A stretch of 64,000 nt of DNA from Halarcobacter sp. (GCA_048571215.1 CP182352.1:2560001-2624000), one strand, 5' to 3'. Counted from the stretch's first letter, positions 20,330 through 30,145 are shown. Notes: generated by a model not told the origin, from the letters alone. A program made the numbers and translations.

Positions 20330-21028
20330 CTATATTTTTTTACTAATATATATTAATTTATCAGGTTCATCACTACTATGAAGATTAAATGGTTTTATCT
20401 CTTCTATTTTAAAACCTGCTTTAGTAAGTAGTTTTTTGATTCTTTGTTTATCATGATAATATTGTGTAATGCTATCTTGTTCTTTTATAAATGAATTGTT
20501 TTTTTCATTTGTAAATAAGGTTAAATCTGTGATTAGTTTATTATCTTCATAGTTTGCATCAATAGCAATAAACTTATCTTCTAAATCGATTGTAATACAA
20601 CCTTGTGCTATCTCTTCAAAACCAAATAAAGAGTTCACATCAAAAATAAAATATCCATCTTTATTTAAAACTTTTGCAGTATCTTCAAAAAACTTTTTTA
20701 ATTGATCATTTGGGATATAATTGATTACATCAAAAATAGCTGTGGCACAATTAAATTTTTCTTTAACTTTTTCCAAGGCAATACAATCAACATTTGTAAA
20801 CCCTTTTTCTTTACAAGCTTCAATTTGAAAACTACTTAAATCAATACCAAAAGCTTTTTTTGAATTAACTTGCATACACTCTAGAAAAAAACCTTGTCCA
20901 CATCCAATATCTAAAATATTATCCAAATCATTACCTACAACAAAGGCAACAAATTCATTGTGTAAAGTATAAATCTCTTCTTGAAAGTCTAAATATGGTT
21001 CTATTTTAGAGTATAAATCTAGTCCCAT
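20330..21028 (-). CDS. Class I SAM-dependent methyltransferase
   Basis: ILDIGCGQG, GIDLS, GYFIFD. Confidence 0.88.
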   Translation of the reverse strand: MGLDLYSKIEPYLDFQEEIYTLHNEFVAFVVGNDLDNILDIGCGQGFFLECMQVNSKKAFGIDLSSFQIEACKEKGFTNVDCIALEKVKEKFNCATAIFDVINYIPNDQLKKFFEDTAKVLNKDGYFIFDVNSLFGFEEIAQGCITIDLEDKFIAIDANYEDNKLITDLTLFTNEKNNSFIKEQDSITQYYHDKQRIKKLLTKAGFKIEEIKPFNLHSSDEPDKLIYISKKI

Positions 21029-21636
21029 TAAAGCTGTGCTTCAATTCTTTCTTTTAAATCAAAGATTAAATCTTTTTTTGCATAATATGAGTTTTTGTTT
21101 GCAATTAAGTGTGCACTACTTTCCATAATAGTAGGTCCAACCTCTAAACCATTTTGTTTCATGGTAGTTCCTGTTTCCACGATATCTACAATACAATCTG
21201 CCAGATTAACTAATGGTGCAAGTTCAATTGAACCATAAAGTTTGATAATCTTTACAGCCATAGCTTTTTCTTCAAAATATCTTTTTGCAATTTTTTCATG
21301 TTTAGTTGCAACTGTAATTTGGCTTTTTGTAAAATCTAATTCTTCCCCTTTTACAAGTCCAAAAGCTACTTTACACTTTCCCAACTGCAAATCAAGAAGT
21401 TTGATTAAATCATATTCTTTCTCTTCAAGAACATCAAGACCAACAACTCCCAAATCAGCTGCTCCATGCATAACATATGTTGGCACATCTTGATTTCTTA
21501 CATTTAAAAATCTAAACCCAGCTTTTTCTAAAATAAGCTTTCTATCCTCAAAGATAAACTTTTCATTAAATGCACTTTCAAATTTTTCTAAAGTATCTTC
21601 GGCAATTCTACCTTTAGGCAATGCAATTGTTAGCAT
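21028..21636 (-). CDS. hisG: ATP phosphoribosyltransferase, short form
   Basis: IALPKGR, VATK, GSIELAP, DIVETGTT. No C-terminal regulatory domain. Confidence 0.96.
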   Translation of the reverse strand: MLTIALPKGRIAEDTLEKFESAFNEKFIFEDRKLILEKAGFRFLNVRNQDVPTYVMHGAADLGVVGLDVLEEKEYDLIKLLDLQLGKCKVAFGLVKGEELDFTKSQITVATKHEKIAKRYFEEKAMAVKIIKLYGSIELAPLVNLADCIVDIVETGTTMKQNGLEVGPTIMESSAHLIANKNSYYAKKDLIFDLKERIEAQL

Positions 21637-22240
21637 TTATAATCCCTTTCATATTTTCAAAAATCAAATCTTTTTTATATACACTATTTTTAATATATTG
21701 ACTTAAAAATTCTCCATCTCCACCAGTAAAAACTACCTTTTGTTTCTTACTAACTTTTTTAATGGGTTCAATAATAGATTTTAATATTCCATAAGATATA
21801 GCATCTTGTGTACAAAGTGGGATTTTATCTAAATTTACCTTTGTATTAAAATCAAACTGTAAGATATGAGAAATTTCAGGATAAATTCGTTTAAAATGAC
21901 TAAGTCCTGGCAAAATAAATCCACCTTTGTGTTTACCATTTTTCATCACATCAACAGTTATTGCACTACCTGCATCAATTACAACTCCATCCTTAAAAGA
22001 ACAACATGCAATTTTTCTATCTAATCCCATCCCTTTATATTTCGTTTTAAAATCTATATAGGGTTCCAAATCAAATATTTCATTACTTGTAAGTTTTAAT
22101 TTTGCTGTAGCATTCTCATTTACAGAGACATAATAAATACATTCTTCAAAAAATGGCAAATGGGCATTTAAATAATATTTTTCATCTTTTCCATCAATAA
22201 AAAAGTGAAAAGTTGTATTTCCAATATCACATAAAATCAA
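21614..22240 (-). CDS. coaX: Type III pantothenate kinase
   Basis: CDIGNT, GLDR, IDAGSAITVD, GGFILPG, TGGDG. Confidence 0.95.
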   Translation of the reverse strand: MILCDIGNTTFHFFIDGKDEKYYLNAHLPFFEECIYYVSVNENATAKLKLTSNEIFDLEPYIDFKTKYKGMGLDRKIACCSFKDGVVIDAGSAITVDVMKNGKHKGGFILPGLSHFKRIYPEISHILQFDFNTKVNLDKIPLCTQDAISYGILKSIIEPIKKVSKKQKVVFTGGDGEFLSQYIKNSVYKKDLIFENMKGIINANNCIA

Positions 22241-22592
22241 CTCTTACACTCCACTTATTATCTTCTAAAAACTTCTTAGCTTTTGAACAAAGTGGGGAAG
22301 AGATCAATAACTCTTTTTTCTTAAAATTATGTTCCACTTTATCCACTAGAATAGAATATAACTGCAATAAATCTTCTGCATTTTTTCTTATAAATCTACT
22401 TTTAGAATCTACTATAAATATGGCATAAAACTCTTTTTTTGTAGATGTTCCTATAAAAATACCTATTTTTTTTCTACTTCCTAACTCTTTGGGAAAAACC
22501 TCTTTTATCTCTTTAAATAATATTTGCTTATCCAAATAATATTTTGTTAACTCTTTAATTTTATAAACCTTTCTTTTCAATAATTTTTTCAA
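22227..22592 (-). CDS. Hypothetical protein upstream of coaX (start uncertain)
   Basis: ORF overlaps the coaX start. Candidate starts are TTG at 22592 or ATT at 22559. Confidence 0.7.
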   Translation of the reverse strand: MKKLLKRKVYKIKELTKYYLDKQILFKEIKEVFPKELGSRKKIGIFIGTSTKKEFYAIFIVDSKSRFIRKNAEDLLQLYSILVDKVEHNFKKKELLISSPLCSKAKKFLEDNKWSVRVDFM

Positions 22593-22956
22593 GTAATTTT
22601 ACTAGACTTGGCATATCTACTGGTTTAACCAATACAGCATCAAATAATTTTTTTAAATTATCATCTAAATCTAAGTTTCCTGTTAAAACTCCTATAAATA
22701 TATCTTTGTTAGTTTCTTTTATAAGTTTAACCAACTTATCTCCAGATAATTTTGGCATTTGTATATCGGTAATTATTACATCATAATTACCTTGTTTATA
22801 CTTTTCTAAAGCTTCTTCTCCATTTAAAGCAGTATCAACTACATTAAAGAATTTTTTCATAAATTTCTCTACACCATTTAATAAATCAGCCTCATCATCA
22901 ACAATTAAAATACTCAAATCTTGAATTCTTTTTTGAAGCTCTTTAATATCAGTCAT
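22561..22956 (-). CDS. Single-domain response regulator
   Basis: ILIVDDE, ITDIQMP, VKP. Confidence 0.9.
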   Translation of the reverse strand: MTDIKELQKRIQDLSILIVDDEADLLNGVEKFMKKFFNVVDTALNGEEALEKYKQGNYDVIITDIQMPKLSGDKLVKLIKETNKDIFIGVLTGNLDLDDNLKKLFDAVLVKPVDMPSLVKLLEKIIEKKGL

Positions 22957-22957
22957 T

Positions 22958-24508
22958 TCAAATCTTTTTTAGTGGAATCTTAATAATAAAACATGCACCA
23001 CCATTTATATTTTTAACACTTAAACTACCTAATAGATGTTTTTTTATAATTGTATCTGAAATGTATAAACCTAAACCTGTACCATTTTTTTCATTTTTTG
23101 TTGAAAAATATGGTTCAAATATTTTATCAAGTATATCTTCTTTTATTCCACCTGCATTGTCAGATATTGATATTAATAAATCTTCTTGAACTTTTTCTAT
23201 AATTATTTTAATAAATCTATCATCTCTTCGATGTTCAAGTAATGCCTCTTTTGCATTATTTAAAATATTGATAATCACTTGAAGAAGTTGTGTTGAGTAA
23301 GTATAAAGTTCATAATTTTCATCACATTGTATATCAAAACTTATATTCTCATACACTAAAGTTTTACCCAAAATATTTTTTGCATTATTTAAGATTTTTT
23401 CTATAGTTACATGCTCTTTGCTTTTTTGAGGTTTAAAGAAACTCTTAAAATCTTCAATAGTTTGAGAGAGGTATGAAGTTTCATTGAGTATTCCATAACA
23501 ATGGGTTTTAAATGACTCTAAATCAATATTTTCCATCTCTAAATCTATTAATAGATTGTTTATTTCCATACTAATTATTGTTATTGGTTGTCTCCATTGA
23601 TGAGCTAACATACCTATCATCTCACCCATTGCAGCATGTCTTGATTGCACTATTAGTAACTCTTCTGCTGATTTTAATTTACTTATGTCATTAAATAAAA
23701 CTATATATCCTTCACTTTTACCACTTATATCATGTAGTATTTTTGAAGATACTATAAATATTTTTTCTTTGAAATTCCATTCAAAAGTTTCATTATTCTT
23801 TAACTTTTCAATATCCATCAAAGTATCCATATTTATATTTTTTTCTGAAGAATAATAATATCCCCCAGCATTATCTTGATTGAAAAAAACCGTAGAAGCT
23901 ATTTGATTACAATTTTCGATAATAAACTCTTTACTTAAAACAATTGCAGGACTATGCATAGAATCAAAGAGTGTTAAATATCTGTTTTTTTCATTTGCCA
24001 ATTGACGATTTTTATTAGCTAATTCATGTATTTGTTTTTCTGCATTACTTCCTGACCAATGGGTTACATAAGCAGTTTCAACCCTATCAAAAAATCTATT
24101 TATATATTCATAAAAATAATTATGATCTTCAATACTCTCTTTTTTTTCATCCAACAAATCAAAATAAGTTTGTCTATAATATTTAAATAAAGAAAAAAAC
24201 ATTGACAAATTTACACCTCTGCTCCTGTGCAGATCTGCTTCTTTTAAACCAAAAGCAGAAGCTGGATCATCTTCAAAATTTTCATCAGGACCCATTTGTG
24301 GTATTTCATTTGATTGTTTCATTGCAAGTTCTAAAGAATCAGTTAAACCAACAATAGATAACCTCCAAGCCTCTGCAAGTGTTGAAGTATATTTAGTATA
24401 ACCATATTTTTTTGCATAAAATAAAATTTTATCCATTAGCCATTCTTCATTGTTTTTAAGTAAAACAATAAATTGTTCATTTGTTTTAATATAAATATTA
24501 TTTTTCAT
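22958..24508 (-). CDS. Cytoplasmic sensor histidine kinase (helical N-domain, PAS-like, HisKA, HATPase)
   Basis: AHQWRQP, NILNNA, DNAGGI, FEPYFSTK, GTGLGL. No TM segment. Confidence 0.9.
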   Translation of the reverse strand: MKNNIYIKTNEQFIVLLKNNEEWLMDKILFYAKKYGYTKYTSTLAEAWRLSIVGLTDSLELAMKQSNEIPQMGPDENFEDDPASAFGLKEADLHRSRGVNLSMFFSLFKYYRQTYFDLLDEKKESIEDHNYFYEYINRFFDRVETAYVTHWSGSNAEKQIHELANKNRQLANEKNRYLTLFDSMHSPAIVLSKEFIIENCNQIASTVFFNQDNAGGYYYSSEKNINMDTLMDIEKLKNNETFEWNFKEKIFIVSSKILHDISGKSEGYIVLFNDISKLKSAEELLIVQSRHAAMGEMIGMLAHQWRQPITIISMEINNLLIDLEMENIDLESFKTHCYGILNETSYLSQTIEDFKSFFKPQKSKEHVTIEKILNNAKNILGKTLVYENISFDIQCDENYELYTYSTQLLQVIINILNNAKEALLEHRRDDRFIKIIIEKVQEDLLISISDNAGGIKEDILDKIFEPYFSTKNEKNGTGLGLYISDTIIKKHLLGSLSVKNINGGACFIIKIPLKKI

Positions 24509-24584
24509 ATAATTACCTAATAAATAAATTGTTATTTATAATAGTATCCTTAAACAAATAAAAATATAATATATTAGTAAAAAT

Positions 24585-25223
24585 CTATTTTTTATTTATA
24601 GCTAATCTTTGTGGTCTTATTGTAAGTTCTGTTACAACACCTTTAAAATTTATGATATCTAAAACACTATTTGCAATAGTTTGAGGTAATAAATGGGCAT
24701 TTTCATCTTCACTTGGTTCAAAATTTAAATCATCAAAGAAGTTTGTTTTTGTTAAGTCAGGATTTATAGTAGTTACTTTTACATCAGCTCTTCTTAACTC
24801 TTCAAATAGTGCCAAACTAAAACTTCTGATACCAGATTTACTAGCTGAATAAAGTGCTGAAAATTTTGAGTGTCTGGTTGATTCTATTGAGGAGATATTT
24901 ATGATATGTCCCTTTGTTTTTTTTAAACTTCTAAGTAAAAGATTTGATAAAATAATTGGTGCAGTTAAATTTACATCAATCACCTCTTTTATTTTTTTTA
25001 GACTTATCTCTTCATGGGGTTTAAAAACCCCTATCCCTGCACAATTTACTAAAACACTGATCTCATCTTGTTTTAAAATCTCTTTTATCTCTTTTTCTAG
25101 ATTCTTATGCTCTTCTAATCTTGTTTTTAATTTTATAATTTTATAAGCATTTTGTTCTAAAGTATCACAAATAGCTTTTCCAATTCCTGAGGAATAACCT
25201 GTTACTAGTGCTGTTTTTCCCAT
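24585..25223 (-). CDS. SDR-family oxidoreductase
   Basis: [17 protein letters not shown]. Confidence 0.92.
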   Translation of the reverse strand: MGKTALVTGYSSGIGKAICDTLEQNAYKIIKLKTRLEEHKNLEKEIKEILKQDEISVLVNCAGIGVFKPHEEISLKKIKEVIDVNLTAPIILSNLLLRSLKKTKGHIINISSIESTRHSKFSALYSASKSGIRSFSLALFEELRRADVKVTTINPDLTKTNFFDDLNFEPSEDENAHLLPQTIANSVLDIINFKGVVTELTIRPQRLAINKK

Positions 25224-25831
25224 TTTTTTATTACACCTTTTTTTATTTTTATTCTAATATAAAAGAGTATAAAGATTGCAAGAAAAACCAATATAGTTAT
25301 AATTATAATTTTTAAATACTCATCTATTAGGTTTTGATTAGAACCTATAAAATAACCCAAAAGTGTCAAAATCAAAACCCAAATCCCTGCACCCAAACTT
25401 GTGTATAAAGAAAACTTCCATAAATTCATTTTAGCAAGTCCCGCTGGCAAAGAGATATATTGTCTAACAGCAGGGATTAATCTTCCTGAAAAGGTTGAGA
25501 TATGCCCATGTTTTGCAAAAAAATCTTCCATTTTTTCCAAGGTTTGCTCTTTTACTAAAACATATTTACCATATCTTTGTAAAAAGGCTCTTCCAAACTT
25601 CCTTGCCAAGAGATAGTTAAACACCGCACCAGCTAAACTCCCTGAAATACCAGCAAAGATTGCTAAAAAGATATTCATCTCCCCTTTATAAGCTAAAAAA
25701 CCAGCAGGAACCATAACAATTTCACTAGGGAAAGGGAAAAAAGTGCTCTCTAAAAACATCATAAAAAATATCCCAAAATAACCTAAATCCCCAACAGTAC
25801 TTACTATAAAATCAATTATCTCTTTTAACAT
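25205..25831 (-). CDS. DedA-family membrane protein
   Basis: [26 protein letters not shown]. Confidence 0.93.
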   Translation of the reverse strand: MLKEIIDFIVSTVGDLGYFGIFFMMFLESTFFPFPSEIVMVPAGFLAYKGEMNIFLAIFAGISGSLAGAVFNYLLARKFGRAFLQRYGKYVLVKEQTLEKMEDFFAKHGHISTFSGRLIPAVRQYISLPAGLAKMNLWKFSLYTSLGAGIWVLILTLLGYFIGSNQNLIDEYLKIIIITILVFLAIFILFYIRIKIKKGVIKKWEKQH

Positions 25832-25898
25832 CTAACTCTTTCTTATTATTTTTATAATCTCTTAATAGATTTAATTAAAAAAACACTATAATAATAAA

Positions 25899-27752
25899 AT
25901 GTATTTAATTAAAATTCTACTAGTCCTATTATTTCTAGCTTTAAATCTATTCTCAAATGAAATTAATCTTTCAAATGGTTTTAAAAAAGAAAGTATACTA
26001 CACCAAACAGAAATTTATCTTGATAAAACAAAAAAACTAACCATAGAAGATATAAAAAAACTTGATGACAAATTTTCAAAAGTTGATGTTGATATTAAAA
26101 GATATGGATACTCACCTAAATTTAATGTATGGATTAAATTTAAAATTAAAAATAATGAACAAACTCCAATCTCTGCTATTTTGGAATTTGAGTCTGCCCT
26201 TGCATCAAGTGTAGAATTTTATGATGAAACAGGTTTTCTAAAAAGAGATGGCTTAATGCACAAATCATCAAATAGAAAATCTATAAATCCAATATTTGAT
26301 ATAAAACTAGATTCAAAACAAAGTAAAACATACTACTTAAAAGCCTCTTCACATATAACCTCTTTAACTATAAAACTAAATCTTTATAACAATGAAGAGT
26401 TTTTTAATCATGAACTCATCCATCAATCACTCTTAAGTCTTTTCTTTGGAGCCATGATAGTATTAGCTCTTTACAATTTATCTATCTATTTTTTTACAAA
26501 AGATATAAGTTATTTATACTATGTTGGATATATTTTTACCATAGTGATTCACCATTTGCTTTATGTAGGTTTTGCAAATATTTATATACTAAATCACTAC
26601 CAAATGGCTTTTGCAGTTAAAATTGCACCAATATTTATTGCTCTGCCTGTAATATTCTTAGCCCTATTTTCAAAAAATTTTTTAAATCTAAAAAGATTTT
26701 CATTGATAAATAAAATATTAAATTTATTTATTATTTTATTACCTATTTCAATACTAGTTTTTATTGTAAGCGATAGTTTTGGAAGATATAGAAATATCCT
26801 TGCAATAAGTTTAATGTGTTATTTGTTTTTTATTACTCTTTACTCATATTTCAAAGGAGAGAAACAGGCTAATTTAATACTTCTTGGGTGGGGTATAATC
26901 TTACTTTCTGGTTTAATAATGTATTTTGCTAGTGCAGGAGTATTTAATTTTAATTTGTATAACTCATATCTTGTAGAATTAGGATTTGTAACAGAAGCAC
27001 TCATTTTTTCTATGGCATTAGCAAATAGAATTAAACAATTTCAAGAAGAGAAACAACAAGCTCAAGATAAATTAATAGAAACACAAAAAAATACCCAAAA
27101 GAAGCTTGAACTATTAGTTACAAGTAGAACCCAAGACTTGAAAAAAACATTAGAAGAGAAAGAGTTACTTCTAAAAGAGTTAAACCATAGAGTAAAAAAT
27201 AATATGCAAACTATTATCTCATTGATTAGACTACAAAATGATGAAATAGATGATAAAAAGATAAACGATTTATTATCAACTATTCAAAATAGAATTGGTG
27301 CTATGAGCCATTTGCATGAACTTTTGTATAAAAAAGACAATACAACTTATGTTGATGCTTATGATTATTTTGAAAGAATTGTTTCAGAGATAAAGGATAG
27401 TTATTTAGATGAAACTGTTGAAATAATATTTGATATTAATTCAAACCTAAATCCAAACAATGCTGTTTATTGTGGTCTTATTTTAAATGAACTCATCTCA
27501 AATAGTTTTAAACATGCATTTAATAAAAAGCAAGGTAAAATTGAAATTTCCTTATCTAATGAAAAAGATACCTATACTTTAATTGTTAAAGATAATGGAA
27601 AAGGGTATGATAAAAATATTAAAACTAACTCTTTAGGCTTAATTCTTATTAATACCCTAGCTACAAAACAACTTGGTGCACAAATCGATATTGATTCTAT
27701 AAATGGAGTTAGTGTAAAAATTATTTGGAGAGATAAAAATGACGAATATTAA
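25899..27752 (+). CDS. 7TM-DISM (DISMED2 + 7TM) sensor histidine kinase, HisKA_2 type
   Basis: Signal peptide, extracellular GYS...WIKF domain, about 7 TM helices (YNLSIYF...YLYY; EALIFSMALA), ELNHRVKNNMQ, NELISNSFKHAF, DNGKG, SLGL. Confidence 0.9.
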   Translation: MYLIKILLVLLFLALNLFSNEINLSNGFKKESILHQTEIYLDKTKKLTIEDIKKLDDKFSKVDVDIKRYGYSPKFNVWIKFKIKNNEQTPISAILEFESALASSVEFYDETGFLKRDGLMHKSSNRKSINPIFDIKLDSKQSKTYYLKASSHITSLTIKLNLYNNEEFFNHELIHQSLLSLFFGAMIVLALYNLSIYFFTKDISYLYYVGYIFTIVIHHLLYVGFANIYILNHYQMAFAVKIAPIFIALPVIFLALFSKNFLNLKRFSLINKILNLFIILLPISILVFIVSDSFGRYRNILAISLMCYLFFITLYSYFKGEKQANLILLGWGIILLSGLIMYFASAGVFNFNLYNSYLVELGFVTEALIFSMALANRIKQFQEEKQQAQDKLIETQKNTQKKLELLVTSRTQDLKKTLEEKELLLKELNHRVKNNMQTIISLIRLQNDEIDDKKINDLLSTIQNRIGAMSHLHELLYKKDNTTYVDAYDYFERIVSEIKDSYLDETVEIIFDINSNLNPNNAVYCGLILNELISNSFKHAFNKKQGKIEISLSNEKDTYTLIVKDNGKGYDKNIKTNSLGLILINTLATKQLGAQIDIDSINGVSVKIIWRDKNDEY

Positions 27753-28431
27753 AGTTTTAATAGTAGAAGATGAAACAATAGTTGCTTTGGATACCAAAAG
27801 TGCCCTAATTAAACTAGGATTTAAAATAACTGATACTGTTACAAACTATGATGAAGCAATTAGATCAATTCAAGAAACTTCACCAGATATCATACTTATG
27901 GATATCTATTTAAAAAATAGTAAAGATGGTATAGAAACTGCAAAAGATATAAAAAAAATAAAAAATATTCCAGTTATATATTTAAGTGCCTATTGTGATG
28001 ATGAGACTATTGCTAGAGCAATTAAGACTGATCCAATTGCCTATTTAGTTAAACCTTTTAATAGAAATGAACTTAAATCAACTATAATGTTAGCAATATA
28101 TAAACTCCAAGGGGAAAAAGAAAAAATAGATGAATTATTTTTTCATAAACTATCTAGTAATTATTACTATACTAAAGAACCCCATTTAAAATTGTATTAT
28201 AAAGACCAAGAGATTCCTTTAACTCAAAAAGAGATTATGTTAATGGAGATTCTTATTCATGCAGATGGAGAATTGGTAACATTTTCTAATATTGAGCACT
28301 ATATCTGGCGTGACAAAGCTGTATCAGACAGTACTTTAAGAACCTTGCTTTATAGACTTCGTACAAAATTAGACTATAAAGTAATAGAAACTATTCCTAC
28401 TTTTGGATGTAAACTTATAAAAAATACTTAA
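27739..28431 (+). CDS. Response regulator, REC + OmpR/PhoB winged helix (RR1)
   Basis: LIVEDE, ILMDI, VKPF, then LTQKE...STLRTLLYRLRTKL...IETIPTFG. Confidence 0.92.
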   Translation: MTNIKVLIVEDETIVALDTKSALIKLGFKITDTVTNYDEAIRSIQETSPDIILMDIYLKNSKDGIETAKDIKKIKNIPVIYLSAYCDDETIARAIKTDPIAYLVKPFNRNELKSTIMLAIYKLQGEKEKIDELFFHKLSSNYYYTKEPHLKLYYKDQEIPLTQKEIMLMEILIHADGELVTFSNIEHYIWRDKAVSDSTLRTLLYRLRTKLDYKVIETIPTFGCKLIKNT

Positions 28432-28432
28432 A

Positions 28433-29113
28433 TCATAAATATACTAATCTACAACCTTGAGTAGGTATAGTTTCAAGAATCTTAGAATCAAGCTTAAGTT
28501 TAAGTCTATAAATTAAAGTTCTTAAAGTACTATTACAGATACTTTTATTGGGCCAAATTTGCTTTTCCAAATCTTTAAAATCAACTATTTTTCCCTCTGC
28601 ATCTAGTAATATCTTTAATAACATTAACTCTTTTTTAGTTAATCTTATATGCTCATTTTTATAAAAAAGTTTATCTTTATTATAATAATACTCATATCCT
28701 AAGCTTATAGAATCTTTCTTATTAGCCAATAACTTTTCATTTTTACTTTTATATAAACCTAAAAGAATATTAAATTTTAATTCCTCTTTATTAAAAGGTT
28801 TAGCTAAATAACTAATAGGATTTGTTGCAATTGCTCTATTAACTGTTTCAGCATCATTTTGACCACTTAAATATATTACCGGTATCTCATCTTTTATATT
28901 GATCTCTTTTACTATCTCAATTCCATCTTTACTATTTTTCAAGCAAATATCCATAAGAATTAAATCTGGTCTATTTTGTTTTATGCTATTTAATGCGCTA
29001 TCATAATCTATAGCTGTATCAGTTATCTCAAAATCAAACTTTTCCAAAGTTCTTTTCATCTGCAAGGCGATTATACTTTCATCTTCTACAATTAATATTT
29101 TATCTTTTTCCAT
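28433..29113 (-). CDS. Response regulator, REC + OmpR/PhoB winged helix (RR2), paralog of RR1
   Basis: LIVEDE, ILMDI, AKPF, then LTKKE...STLRTLIYRLKLKL...LETIPTQG. Confidence 0.92.
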   Translation of the reverse strand: MEKDKILIVEDESIIALQMKRTLEKFDFEITDTAIDYDSALNSIKQNRPDLILMDICLKNSKDGIEIVKEINIKDEIPVIYLSGQNDAETVNRAIATNPISYLAKPFNKEELKFNILLGLYKSKNEKLLANKKDSISLGYEYYYNKDKLFYKNEHIRLTKKELMLLKILLDAEGKIVDFKDLEKQIWPNKSICNSTLRTLIYRLKLKLDSKILETIPTQGCRLVYL

Positions 29114-29139
29114 ACTATCCCCTTATATTTTAATTTTTA

Positions 29140-29172
29140 ATTTTAACTATATTATGTCACATTTACGTCACA
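29140..29172 (-). promoter_or_regulatory. Tandem TGTGAC box and -10 element upstream of RR2
   Basis: GTCACA at 29156 and 29167 (11-bp period), a 10-nt spacer, then TAAAAT (29145-29140). Confidence 0.7.
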
Positions 29173-29177
29173 AATGG

Positions 29178-29211
29178 AAAAAAGAGAAATTTTTTTTAAT
29201 TTCTCTTTTTT
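29178..29211 (-). terminator. Terminator between the acyltransferase gene and the RR2 promoter
   Basis: AAAAAAGAGAAATT...AATTTCTCTTTTTT inverted repeat. Confidence 0.65.
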
Positions 29212-29218
29212 ATAGATT

Positions 29219-29977
29219 TTATTTTAAAAATGCTTTTTTAAAAAAATCTGACACTTCTGCAGGATTCCAAGATAAAATCAATGCCTTTAAATCAAGTTTC
29301 CCATAATTGTCCAGCTCTGCAAGAATATTATTTCCTCCAAATTTTGTGTACATTTTATAATGTTGCTTTTTTATTCCAAGAAGTGTTATATCTATATCAT
29401 TATTCATAAAAAGTAAATATGCACCTTTCATTAAATACTTAAACTCTAAACTTAAACCTTTTGATTCATGTTTAACTATCAATCTTGAGAGCTCACCAAT
29501 TGTTTTGTATTTTTTTCTTATCTCATCAAAACTATACTTCTCTTCTGAAGGCAACTTATACTTAGAATCAAATATCAATCTAGTGGTTCCAGTTATTTTA
29601 GAACCATTTTGATAATAGATAATTGCAGATTTTTCATCATATTTATCAAAATTTAAGCCCTCGATTATATCTGGAAATTCACTTTGATAATTTATACTTG
29701 TATATATATCACTTCTTAATTTAAACACCTCAACTAAATTTTCCACAGAGGAAACAAGTTTTAAGTTTTCCATAGAGTGATCCCAATTTATTTTTTTATT
29801 AAAAGAGGTACTCTCTTCAACCACTTTTTCCAAAAATATTCTCTTTTTAAGTCTATCTATTGAAATTTGTTGTTCAACATTGAAACTTTTAGGCATATAT
29901 GCCAACTTTTTATTTAACTGCATTTTCATTAAATCTTCTAATTGATTTAATGCTTTGTTCTTGTTTATGTAAACCAT
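29219..29977 (-). CDS. FeeM-like N-acyl amino acid synthase / LuxI-fold GNAT acyltransferase
   Basis: VFKLRSDIY, NFDKYD, ITGTTRLIFD...LPSE, GELSRLIV and HYKMYTKFG match the pattern of acyl-ACP-dependent GNAT acyltransferases. Confidence 0.72.
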   Translation of the reverse strand: MVYINKNKALNQLEDLMKMQLNKKLAYMPKSFNVEQQISIDRLKKRIFLEKVVEESTSFNKKINWDHSMENLKLVSSVENLVEVFKLRSDIYTSINYQSEFPDIIEGLNFDKYDEKSAIIYYQNGSKITGTTRLIFDSKYKLPSEEKYSFDEIRKKYKTIGELSRLIVKHESKGLSLEFKYLMKGAYLLFMNNDIDITLLGIKKQHYKMYTKFGGNNILAELDNYGKLDLKALILSWNPAEVSDFFKKAFLK

Positions 29978-30006
29978 AATTTATCCTTTTTTTAGTTTGG
30001 ATAAAT

Positions 30007-30039
30007 ATTTTGCTAAGATTACGTCACAAATTTGTCACA
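30007..30039 (-). promoter_or_regulatory. Tandem TGTGAC box and -10 element upstream of the acyltransferase
   Basis: GTCACA at 30023 and 30034 (11-bp period), a 10-nt spacer, then CAAAAT (30012-30007). Confidence 0.7.
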
Positions 30040-30145
30040 AAAATTTAAAAATATATACAAGTGGGTCTTTTATATGTGAAGAAATTATTTTAGAGTAATT
30101 AAAGAGCTTAGTATTTTAAGCTCTTAGAGTTGATTTGAAATTATT

